From positions 46,247,296 to 46,311,295 of the forward strand of contig NC_068988.1 of NCBI RefSeq assembly GCF_001194135.2: a DNA stretch of 64,000 nucleotides, written 5' to 3'. The DNA comes from Octopus bimaculoides. Taxonomy: Eukaryota. Below, piece after piece: positions 1 through 11,487 of this stretch. The position numbers and the translations under genes are program-made. The notes below the pieces were generated by a model. The model saw nothing but the letters and a program-made list of their open reading frames with translations. It was not told the origin of the DNA and searched no databases. The first letter of the stretch is position 1. Each line of letters starts with the position of its first letter.

Positions 1-845
1 GCAGACCCTAGAAATAAAAAAGAATATAAGAAACAAAAACAAAAACAAAAAAAAAATCCCCAAAATGTTTTAAAATATTAAAGCATAAAGAAAATTATGA
101 TAAAGAAATTTAATTTTTCATCATTGTTATTGCTTTTAAAATGTTTGTCTTGTCTTTCATCTTGGTCATAAATAAAGCTAAAAGAAAAAAAAATATAATT
201 TAATTCAAGCCCACACCCAATACATTTCGCCAAAAAAAAAAAGCAGCATTATTTTCCATACGTTTCCAGTTCATTCTGTGACATATATTCATATATGAGG
301 CATGCATTTTTTTTTCTTGTTCTTCTTCCGTGTCTATTATTTCTGTTTTTGATGCTTCTTTTGCTCTTGTTTAATAATTGAAGGTAACCAAAAGTATAAA
401 ATAGAGCTCCATTACTGCTCTTAATTTCTCTTGTTATATTATCACTAGCTCTATATTGTATCAGGAAAAATCTAATTAATTTTCTGTTTGTTATTGTTGT
501 TGCTCTTTTTGTTGTTATTGTTGTTGCATGGTTGTTGTAATTGTAACAGTGTTACAGTTGTTGTAGCAGTGTCTGGTAATGAGGTTGGTAGTGTTAATAG
601 GTTGTTTTATAAATATTATTATGTCTCTGTTCATATTTGATGTGGTCCTTTCGTCCATTAATATATTTGTTTTGTTTCTTTTCTCTCGATATTAATTTTA
701 ATATATTTGAAAAGTTCCATTTTTTTCAACACTTTCCACATATATTTCTGCCTTTCTCTATCTCAGTCACTCTCTACCTATCACTCTATCTCTTTCATAT
801 GTGTGTGTGTGTGTGTATGTATGCATTTATAGAAAATACACATAC

Positions 846-1129
846 NNNNNNNNNNNNNNNNNNNNNNNNNNNNNNNNNNNNNNNNNNNNNNNNNNNNNNN
901 NNNNNNNNNNNNNNNNNNNNNNNNNNNNNNNNNNNNNNNNNNNNNNNNNNNNNNNNNNNNNNNNNNNNNNNNNNNNNNNNNNNNNNNNNNNNNNNNNNNN
1001 NNNNNNNNNNNNNNNNNNNNNNNNNNNNNNNNNNNNNNNNNNNNNNNNNNNNNNNNNNNNNNNNNNNNNNNNNNNNNNNNNNNNNNNNNNNNNNNNNNNN
1101 NNNNNNNNNNNNNNNNNNNNNNNNNNNNN
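846..1129. other. Assembly gap (N run) flanked by TA/CA microsatellite
   Basis: Run of N; ORFs spanning it are artefacts. Confidence 0.99.
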
Positions 1130-1172
<43 letters not shown>

Positions 1173-1482
1173 TGATATATGTACATATATGCATATATAT
1201 GTGTGTGTCTGTTTGTATGTGTGTGTGTGTGTGTGTATTTTACTTGTGTCATATCTTAATACATATTTCTTTTTGTCCAATTTATATTCATTTTTGTTTG
1301 TTTATATTTCGATAATTGATATTAAATATTTCTTCATTAAAACATCAGGGATACAAAATATACACTGAAATAAAAATTAAAGACAAATCATCATTGAAAG
1401 GCAAAAAATATGATTTGCAACAACAAAATAGTATAGCTTTTAATAACATCACATTATAATAGTTACATACTCTATATATACA

Positions 1483-2099
1483 CGAGGGAAAGTGAAAATT
1501 ATCTGCACTTTCACCACAACATATCTTTGTTATTGTCACACTGCCTTCTGCACATGTATGCTTATAGTTGGTACTATTGTGGTCACATGATCGAAGTTTG
1601 AGCCTGATCGTGCCATTTTGCTTTCTGGCTTTACAGTGTAAACATGGCTGCTCCAGTAGCAATGTGCACCAAAGAAGGACAAAGAGCAGTGATCTGATTT
1701 CTTTGGTCAAAAGATGTGTCAGATGCTGAAATTTATCAGAGGAATTTTAGCACAATATAGGGACAGTGCACTACTGCATTAAAGTGTACATGAGTGGATC
1801 AAGAAGTTTAAAAGTGACTGGACAAGTATGACACATGAAGAACAAACAGGACGTCAGCCTCCACCACTGATGAGAAAATTCAGCATTACCATCTGTCTGA
1901 TCATTGCTCTTTGTTCTTCTTTGCTAGTAGAGTGGCCATGCTTACACTGTAAAGCAAAAAAGAAAAATGGCATGATCAGGCTCAAACTTCAATCACATGC
2001 CACACTAGTACCAGCTATATGTACGCATGCTTAGGAGGCAGTGTGACAACAATAAAGATATGTTATATTGAATGTGCAGATAATTTTGCCTTTTCCTCA
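1483..2099. mobile_element. Non-autonomous mariner derivative with ~220-bp inverted arms (fold-back/MITE-like)
   Basis: Ends cgagggaaagtgaaaattatctgcac / gtgcagataattttgccttttcctca in TA-rich flanks; 1483-1700 is the reverse complement of ~1899-2099; + strand 1643-1890 encodes a decayed mariner transposase N-terminus (MAAPVAMCTKEGQRAVI*FLWSKDVSDAEIY...HEWIKKFK...THEEQTGRQP). Confidence 0.85.
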
Positions 2100-2231
2100 T
2101 ATATATATATATATATATATATACATAAATATATTGTATGAAGGATTGTGGGTAAGGCCAGTACAATTTGAAGTAAATGCAAGACAAATCACATGAAAAC
2201 AAATATATGAACTAATGTAGACTTACCTTGC

Positions 2232-2640
2232 ATTCAGTATTTCAGGGTTATGACCCCATTCTCAGGAAATTAACGTATGTTGCAGATGTGCATGTGTGTG
2301 AGTGTGTGTGGAGTAGACATGTGCAGAAAGTTGTTGCTTTAGCAACCAGCTAGCTTCCTGTAACTCGCTTCTGTTGCTGATAGTTGGTTTCCTTTGGCAT
2401 ATAAGGATAGCCTTGGAGATTCTAAGGTTGCCACTGTTGTGCTGTGTTGCCCTGATGTGCACTATGAATACCTGGGTCTGGAATTTTCATAGATGTTTCT
2501 TCACGGAAGTGTCTTCCTGCATGTGTTCTTTTATGCGTAAATGCAGTTTTCTTGTGCTTCCTATGTAGGCTGCACCATATTTGCCACAGATGATCTTGTA
2601 TACAACATAGGTCCTCTGGTACATTTCAGAGTCACCTGAA
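2232..2640 (-). mobile_element. Penelope-like element 3' end (GIY-YIG endonuclease relic plus decayed HHR-like motif)
   Basis: Minus translation YVVYKIICGKYGAAYIGSTRKLHLRIKEH...LRISKAILI..KPTISNRSEL matches the PLE GIY-YIG pattern; CTGAGAA-T-GGGG-TCATAA-CCCT-GAAA lies just downstream of the ORF. Confidence 0.8.
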
Positions 2641-3907
2641 TATATATATAAATATATATATATAAAGCAAATAAGTAACAAAGATGTCCATTAAGTAACA
2701 AAGATGTCATTACGGCTGTTTCAAGTGGCTCCATTTAATCGATCAATGAAAACATTACATCAATTTGAAATAAACCACTCACCACGTAAGTATATGACTA
2801 TATAGATTTCCAACACACAGGATACACCATTATTATTTTTTATCAAATTTTTCATCAGTACAAGAGACTGAAATAATCACATCCATTCTTTCTGCTATTT
2901 TTGGGTCCGAATGAATTTAGGGAAAAAATACTTAAATCCTACTATAATTTAGAGTGGCAGAAGAAAAATAATGGGGATCAAGAAAGCAGAATGGTGATAT
3001 AGCTACACTCATCTTTATCCTTATCACATTCAAAAGCTTCAATGCAGCATGTAGTCTACAATCCCTTAGAATTAAATCCAATGGGAATTGACAGTTAAGT
3101 TCTTCTTGGTGGTGATAAATTAATTAATGTCAGATACTCTTCTCTACCCCTATTTTATTGGGTCCATAAAACCAGCTATATCTACATAAAATAATATGTC
3201 TCAGAAGTTGCCTGTAAAATAATGAGATATAAAGAGGTGATAACCAGAAAGAGGAAGGACAGGGGTGATTTAACACATCATGATTATCAAATAAAAAGGG
3301 CCTAAAATGGAAAACAAAAGAGGTTATAAAAAGATTGAAGTGTGGGAATTAAAAGTATGGGAAAAGATATGTATTCAAACTTAGCAAAATTTACATATTA
3401 AAATTTATAAAAGGATTTAAGAATCAAGTAAGAGAAGAAGGAGAGATAAATCAATCTAACCCATAAAAGTGGGGTACTTGTATATATATATAAGAGATAC
3501 CTCATAATGCTTCTTCCTAGTATAATGCTAAGGAGGTCATGCTAAATCTATTCAACAATGCACCTCTAATTAAATTCAGATATCATCCGAGTAGGGTTAC
3601 ACATTGTCTGTTGAATCAAAACCAAAGATTGAAGGCTAAAAAAGAAAAAAAAAGAAAGAAAATAAGATATATATTTCTATATCAAGTAAACTTATTTAAA
3701 AACCTTGAAAAAATACATTCATATAAGAATTACCAACATTAGGAAAAAAAAGCTGAAAGGATATAAGAAGGTATAAAAATACCACATATATATACATAAA
3801 ATATAAATTATATATATAGTTGAAATTTATAGAAAAACAAAAGATGAAGACAGGTGTATGAACAATAAGCAAGTGGATTCGTTTGATGCTCAGGAAAATT
3901 AAAGGGT

Positions 3908-3943
3908 CTTTTATGTTTCAAGCCTATGCTCTTCAACAGAAAG
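3908..3943 (-). ncRNA. Decayed minimal type I hammerhead ribozyme motif in a PLE-like terminal repeat
   Basis: CTTT-CTGTTGA-A-GAGC-ATAG-GCTT-GAAAC-AT-A-AAAG: stem I CUUU/AAAG, stem II GAGC/GCUU; one core mismatch and ACGT>ACAT decay. Confidence 0.55.
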
Positions 3944-4744
3944 GAGTAAGAGAAAAGAAACAGTGAGAGAATGAAAAAAACTTGTAGATTTCAATGGTCT
4001 ATCATGGCGAATGATCGGAAAGTAAAGTATTATGCATATAGACAGATAGACAGATAAATCGAAAAATAGATATACATAGACACATCCACACACACACTCA
4101 CCACACAAACACACACACATTGTATATACATATGCAAAAATATTTCTATAGAGTATAAAAAATACAGGGTACTAACAAGAATTCATAATTTCTCAATGCA
4201 ACAGCTATTTCAGGAAGTTCAGAATTATGTAATAATCATAATGTTCATGATTTGCAGACAGAATGTGCAAAAAGTCTTGGCTATGCAACCCATTAAAAAT
4301 CTTACATGGATATTACCAGGAGGCAGGTTCACTTCATCAAGAATAAGTTCAAATTCCTTTGAGCACTACAACATGTTTTCTATGATGCGCATATCTAGAT
4401 CCTACGTATATTGTCCATATATATATAAATATATACATAGATACACATAATGCACACACACATATTTGTATATATGTGTGTGTTTGTGTATACACATATA
4501 TATGTTTATATGTGTATATATATATATATGCATATATAAATATCTGTGTTGGTGAGTAAGAAGTGAACTTCCCAACTTCAAGATTTTGAATAAATTTTTT
4601 GTTTTTGAGCAAATGCCTTCTACTATTGCCTTTTGCCATCCAAAAACTTTTGTGCAGGCTTGGTGTACAGAAAATGAAAGAAGCCCTTCATATCTATATT
4701 CATATTCACATGCATACATTTATATTTACATGCATATATGCTAA

Positions 4745-5190
4745 CGCAACAGATCTGATATTGTTTTCTTGGACAGGGAACAAAAGTCATGAACTATTGA
4801 AGAAAAGTGATGCACTGCTGCAGAGGTCAGCTGCCCAAGGGCTGTGAATGTACAATCAAAAGCTCAGGAAAAACAGAACACTTTTGGTGAACTAATGCAG
4901 AATGTACAGCATTTGTATCCTGGCTATAATTTTACATTCTTACCTCTCATCATAAGTGCATTAGGCTTATGTAACTACAGATTTGCACAAAAACTTAGAG
5001 ATGTTAGGATTTTCTGAGAAAGAGCAAAAGAAACTGACGCACAACCCCCAAAGCCATTTTATTTGCGACATGGTAAAACTTTGCATGACATTCCAAAAAT
5101 TTTCCAACAGGAATTCTTTAAATGAATATATGCACACACTAGCTCCAACCAATATGTACAAACTCTAGGAACTGTCTTAGCTAAAAAGTC
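4745..5190 (+). mobile_element. R4/Dong-like (restriction-like endonuclease) non-LTR retrotransposon 3' fragment
   Basis: Frameshifted translation DLIL..DREQK...EVSCP..VNVQSKAQEKQNTFGEL..LYPGYNFTFLPLIISALG..LHKNLEMLGFSEKE..VKLCMTFQKF resembles the C-terminal RLE region of R4-clade ORFs. Confidence 0.7.
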
Positions 5191-5198
5191 TTGAATAA

Positions 5199-5248
<50 letters not shown>

Positions 5249-5659
5249 GTATATAGATATGCAGGGCAGGGAATCGTCAATTAGTATATATGTATAGATA
5301 CATTCATATATATACTCATATATATGCATATACATACATACATACATACATACATACATGCATGCATGTGTGTGTATGTGTGTGTGTGTGTATCTGTCTG
5401 TGTGTCTGCATGTATGTATATATTTGTATGTATATGTGTGTAGGTGTGTGTTTACAATATTCTGTGAAAGCTTAAATGAGCAAAGAGAAATGTTGCTTTC
5501 ATTGGAAGAAGGTAAGGATTAACAGGAAGAAGGGCATCTGGCCATTGATAATCAGCCTCAATAAATTTCATCTGACTCATGCAAGCATGCAATAGTAAAT
5601 GTTACAGTGATAATGATGATAATGATGATATATATATATATATATATATATATAATTGC

Positions 5660-5790
5660 AGTGTGGAAGGTGTTTATAAGCCATTTAAGAAACACACAAA
5701 AACCGTTAGATTCACTTCAACATTTAAATTTAATTTCCCAAACTATTTTCGGCGCTTTGAGACCGCGACCTGTTCACTGACAAAATTTCA
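5660..5790 (-). mobile_element. Short repeat end containing an HHR-like fold with a G3:C8 core variant
   Basis: Minus 5734-5784: TTTGTCA-GTGAACA-G-GTCGC-GGTCTCAAA-GCGCC-GAAA-ATAG-T-T-TGGGAAA. Confidence 0.4.
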
Positions 5791-5804
5791 TGCTGCATCA
5801 TGTA

Positions 5805-6066
5805 CCCGCTAAGTTACGGGGACATAAGCACACCAGCATCGGTTGTCAAGCGATGTTGGGGGGACAAACACAGACACACACACACGTATATTATATATAC
5901 ATACAACAGGCTTCTTTCAGTTTCCGTCTACCAAATCCACTCACAAGGCTTTGGTCGGCACGAGGCTATAGTAGAAGACACTTGCTCAAGGTGCCATGCA
6001 GTAGGACTGAACCTGGAACCATGTGGTTCGTAAGCAATCTACTTACCACGCATCCACTCCTGCACC
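5805..6066 (-). mobile_element. tRNA-derived SINE family A (3'-truncated)
   Basis: Shares head (gtggtaag..cttgctt..cca.atggttcc.ggttcagtcc) and body (ggatttggtagacggaaactgaaagaagcc) with many copies in the window. Confidence 0.85.
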
Positions 6067-6085
6067 TATATATATATATGTGTGT

Positions 6086-6415
6086 GAAGGTGCATTGCTC
6101 AGTGATTATGGCATTGGGCTCATGATCATGAGGTAGTGAGTTTGATTCCCAGACTGGACTGTGTGTTGTGTTCTTGAGCAAGACATTTTATTTCACATTG
6201 CTCCGGTTCACTCATCAGTAGAAATGAGTTTTGATGTCGCTAGTGCCCATCTGCATTGACCTTTGCCTTCCTTTGGATAACATCAGTGGCATGAAGAGGG
6301 GAGGGTGATATGCATGGGTGACTGCTAGTCTTCCATAAATGACTTTGCTCAGGGGAACTTCTAGGTGCAATCCCTTGGTCATTCATGACTGAAGTGGGGT
6401 CTTTACCCAATATAA
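6086..6415 (+). mobile_element. tRNA-derived SINE family C
   Basis: A/B-box-like head gaaggtgcattgctcagtgattatgg...gagttttgattcccagactgg, resembling the family B head but with a different body. Confidence 0.7.
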
Positions 6416-7159
6416 TTACCCTATGCATGCATGCACGCATATGTCTGTATGTGTGTGTGTCTATCTGTATAGTCTTCTAAGAATCCATAGTATTTGTGTC
6501 TCTTTGTCTTCACATCATGTGAAAATTGTAAACTGGGCTATACAAGCTATGTTATTTATTTCAAATCTTCCATGCAAAACACATCCAGTCATGGGGAAAT
6601 ATTTCCTTGCTTACAAACACATAAGGTCGCTAACTGGAAGGGCATTCTGCTGTAAAATATCTGCCTCAAGTATTTCTCTCTGATCCTTGCAAGCATGAGA
6701 AATTGGGTATTAAAATGAAGAAGAAGAAGAAGAAGAGGACGACGACGATGAGAGGGAGGATGAGGAGGAAAATGATGATAATTATAGATTATAGTAGTGG
6801 ATATTGATTATAAAGGTAACTGGAAAACACAACAAACCTATTTCAGTTTTATGTGACCTCTTCAATAAAGCCTTTTCTATTTAGTACACAAGACTTAGAA
6901 GTGACCATTATATATAAAGAGAGAGGAAATTTAGGGATGCAGCTTATGAATATTAACAATAAAACAGAAGAAAAATACCTAAGAAAAACATATTGCATAT
7001 TAAATACACATAGTGAGTTGAAAAACTTTAATTTAGATTATCTATGTAATTAACTATGAAATATGTCTCCTTATGGATGTTTGAATAAGGAAATATCAAT
7101 CAAAAATCGAAATTACTTCCCTAAGTAAAATTGAAATGTTACTAATTTCAACATAATAC

Positions 7160-7450
7160 ATGCAGGTGTGGCTGTGTGGTAAAAAGCTTGCTTCCTAGCT
7201 ACATGGTTTATCCACATGTGAATGTCTTTGTGCTTGTGTTTGTCTCTCTACACTGCTTGACAATTGGTATTGGTCGTTTCTGCCCCCATAAATTAGCAGT
7301 TCAGCAAAAGACATTGATGGAGTAAGTACTATGCTTAAAATAAAAAAAAATACTGGATCTAAATTCATTTGACTAAAAGTTCTTCAAAGTGGTGCCCCAG
7401 CATGGCCACAGCCTAATGACTGAAACAATTAAAAGTTAAAGGATAAAAGA
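7160..7450 (+). mobile_element. SINE family A, degenerate and internally deleted
   Basis: gcaggtgtggctgtgtggtaaaaagcttgcttcc head; cagcatggccacagcctaatgactgaaac tail. Confidence 0.8.
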
Positions 7451-8426
7451 TAAAGTAATAAAGAGTGAAAATGAAAAAGACCTTGGCGTCATTTGAACTC
7501 CTGTCATGATGGATTGAAACTGATTTCTCAGTTGCATTTAGTATATCACTCTACAATTAAAAAAACCTTTAAAAAAAGTTGATGAGGTTTTAACTGAAGA
7601 GGAAAGTGACTGATGATAATTATAATTGTTTCTAATGTAATCACAAAATCTGAGATTGTGGAAGAAGTGTTTAGCCAATTAAATTGACCCCAGAACATGA
7701 CTGATATTTTATCATCTGTAGACGTGTGAAAGGCAGATGTGATCATAGTGTGATTTGAACTGAAATCCCACTGGTTTCAAGAACTCTAACCAAATGCCGC
7801 AAATATGGCATTTTGCCTGATGCTCTCACAATTCTGCCAATCCACTACTCTTCATAGCAATCACAAAAGCAACAGCAACAACGATGAGACGCTGATGATG
7901 ATGTTGGTTCAGGCCATAAAAATACCTCACCTAATATGTGATACATCAATTGTTGAAGAACGTAGCATCACAACAATTTCTGACTTAAGCACAAGGCAAC
8001 AATTTATGACTCTAGAGAGATGAAAATCAAAGTGAACCACCCTACCAAAATTTGATCTCAGAATGTAAAAAACACATAACTAACGACATGCATAGCACTT
8101 TTGGTTGGTGCTCCACTGATTCTGCTATCCCTCATACATGGAGAAATTCGAAAAATAAACCAAACAAAACAAGAGTTTATATAAGCCAACAAAAAATAGC
8201 AAAAAAAAAGTAACGATAAACAAAATAGACAGGAACATAAAAGCCATAAAACAAACAGGAACCATGTGATGTTGGGAATAAAACCAATTTCCAATCAGGA
8301 TTATATTGCATTTATAAACTAAACATTTTTCTTTCTCTTTGTTTTCATTTAAAAATAAAAGTGGTATTTTTGATGTGTGAAAGAAAAGAATTGCTTTTCT
8401 CTCTACCATCATATTCCATCCACCCT

Positions 8427-8472
<46 letters not shown>

Positions 8473-10377
8473 CCTGTCACACATTTTAATGTCATGGCTG
8501 TATTTTTCAATTAACACACATTTAGAACCACTTTTAATGTTAAATTACTTTTGTTGAGATTTGTTAATGAAAAGATTGATTTCAAAAAAAAAATGGAAGC
8601 ATTTTAAAAAACCCAAAAGAAAAGTAAAATGAATGGTTTTCTGTTTCAGTTTAAACTGTTTTCAATTAATTTTGTCCTTGCTGGCCTGTGTGGGATGGAG
8701 CTGTAGTAAATGTTGATACATATTTTTAAAGCACCCATTGTTTACCACTGGGTAGCATTCCTACTGCTAACCACTTCACTGTGAAGTAGAAGTGGTGGTA
8801 CATGTTGCCAGTTTGCAAGACTGTGCCAAACAGAGCAATAAAGCGTCTTGCTTAAGTAGAGAAGAATACAATGGCTCTAGAGAGGTTTGAATATGAGAAT
8901 TAACCACTCACCAGCAGCGTAATTCTTTAAGCTATGCATCTCTTGAGTCAAAATTGCATTCATGACTAATCGAGAATTGTGGAAGAGAAGAATAAGGGCT
9001 CTTTAACATCAGAACAAAAGAATCTCATAAATCTCTATAAGAAATAGTAGGACATGCATAACATGGAAGTGGAAATCACTATGAAACAAGATTTCTATTG
9101 TAGCCTAAGAGGCCCAGCAGAAACTGAAAGAAGTCAATGAGGCAGTGTACAGAGTTTTAAGAAGCCACTCTGTCAACACAACATAAACTTTAGAAAGTAA
9201 TGACTGCTTTAACTGAAAGGCATTAAATAATCCCAGAGTTGAAAAAGTAGTTATCTAGCATTATTTCAACATTGGTGATAAATACATAAGAAATAAAGGT
9301 TTTGGGATTTAAACCTAGTCAAGAAATACGAACCATGAGTCAGTGAAAGGACTCTATATTAGTTACTAATTTTCTTGAAATAGCAGTCAAATATCTCTCA
9401 AATCATATTAATTCAAGGTTTATTATTTTTACATGCTGAAAGGTGATGAACTAGGAGAAAAAATACCAGGCAAAATGCTTAATGGCATTTCTTCTGACTC
9501 TATGTTCTTGAGCACAAACACCACCACCTAGGTCGACATGGTCCTTTATCTTTTCAAGGTTGATAAAATAAAGTATCTGTTAAATATTTGGGTTGATGTA
9601 ATCAACTAGCATCCTTTCCTTAAATTGCCGGCCTTGTACCAAACTTGACAAGAATTATTTTTACGTTCTGAGTCTGAAGGAAGAGGCAGTACCCATGTTC
9701 ATACAGTTCCTCTAAGATCAGTGAGGGTGATGCCATTAATGCCTTGTTAAAACTGTCGCAGACCAACACCTGTAGGAAAGATACAACCAAGAAGATTCCA
9801 AAATGCTGGTGTTTGGGGGAGAAAGGACTGGACAGAGTGATTAGAAAACAAAAAAAAAGACAGAAATGGAATAACACTTATCCAGTAACGTGGTTCTCGA
9901 TGCTGGAAATACAATGGGATGGTCATGGCTCCAATCATTACTGATTAGAGAAGATATCAGCTATGGGTTAATAATCTAGGGTTAATGATCAATCTATTTT
10001 GGCAATGCATTCCTACTCATTTACTGGGTTATATTTATAAATCCACCAATCTATGAGTGTGTGTCTGAAATGCTTTGTACAAGAATTCAGTACACCACCC
10101 AGTCTGGGATCCAAACCTATGACCATCTCATTGTAAGCTCAATGCCCTAAACACTCAGCTTTAGGCCTGCGCTTTGTGAAAAGTATCACCATTAGGTACA
10201 AGTTTCTGACAGAATAATCACTGGTTCACTGCATTCCTGATGCAGAGAGTAATGGAGGAGTGTCACTGGGTTTTGTTTCTTGCCAGTATGCTGTTGTATG
10301 CATGCATACATACATCCATATATACAAGCATGCATACGTCCATCCATCCATCCATCCATCCATCCATACATGCATAC

Positions 10378-10775
10378 ATCCAGAGTACAAGTTCAGGTTT
10401 ATACCTGTAATTATTGGGGCACTGGGATACGTAACACACTACCTAAATACCAATCTTTAGAAATTAAGTTTCTCAAAATCAGAAAGCGGAAAGCTGATTC
10501 GAAAACTACAGAACCGTGCCATCACTGGGACTGCAAAAATCTGTAAAATTTTCCATTTTGTAAAATTTTCATTTAAGTATATACAATAGCATGTATAGAC
10601 AAGCAGCTATACACATGAGAATACAAACATAAAACAAAACATACAAATCTGCGTGTATACACACATACAAAAACATTCTGTTGATGTTGTTGAAATTCCA
10701 AAGAAGGATCCTTGGATCTAGGTGATAAAGCGGCTCTTTTTCTACTGGCAAGAAATCTTGAAGTAAAATTGAACA
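10378..10775 (+). mobile_element. R4/Dong-like element, 5'-truncated (RLE C-terminus plus 3' UTR)
   Basis: PEYKFRFIPVIIGALGYVTHYLNTNL*KL.FSKSE..KLIRKLQ..AITGTAKICK; homologous to 24625-24965. Confidence 0.75.
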
Positions 10776-11104
10776 ATGACATATTTACCAGTGGCAGCTT
10801 GTAGATAAAATTAGTTGGGGTGCTGCTTCAGAAAACTTTTAACTGTTGTTTTATTGTGTAAAAACATATAAAAAGAAAATTTATACAGAAACTTGATCGG
10901 TTCGTGTTTTAGCCACTGTCGGGTAGTGTGTTTAATTTGTTCACTGAACACCGCTGCGATTTCCCTCTTGTTTTTCAAATATTCCTCCTAAATAACAAAA
11001 TAAGGGGGCAAAAATCTGCCCTATTTTTCAAATCCTGACAGCAACAATGAAGCTGGAAGGAGGATAATAATCTAATTGTACACTTTATCACATTCAAAAA
11101 TATG

Positions 11105-11487
11105 TTGTTGGCACTCCGTCGCTTACAACGATGAGGGTTCCAGTTGATCCGATCAACGGAACAGCCTGCTCGTGAAATTAACGTGCAAGTGGCTGAGCAC
11201 TCCACAGACACATGTACCCTTAACGTAGTTCTCGGGGATATTCAGCGTGACACAGTGTGACAAGGCTGACCCTTTGAATTACAGGCACAAAAGAAACAGG
11301 AAGTAAGAGTGAGAGAAAGTTGTGGTGAAAGAGTACAGCAGGGTTCACCACTATCCCCTGCCAGAGCCTCGTGGAGCTTTCTGCATTTTCGCTCAATAAA
11401 CACTCACAATGCCCGGTCTGGAAATCGAAACTGCGATCCTATGACCGCGAGTCCGCTGCCCTAACCACTGGGCCATTGCACCTCCAC
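11105..11487 (-). mobile_element. tRNA-derived SINE family B, near full length
   Basis: Minus head ggaggtgcaatggcccagtggttagggcagcggactcgcgg...gtttcgatttcc (A/B boxes); tail gttgatccgatcaacggaacagcctgc shared with 23775-23960, 53340-53650 and 63755-64000. Confidence 0.9.

Noticed and set aside
637-1368. Long ORFs spanning N gaps (also 16868-18076, 22694-23270, 24974-26121, 46534-47189)
   Set aside because: Open only because N codons are not stops; flanks are microsatellite. The 16868 ORF is an RTE fragment.
9690-9930. Possible RTE RT fragment (ISEGDAINALLKL...CLGEKGLD)
   Set aside because: Similarity too weak to list as a feature.
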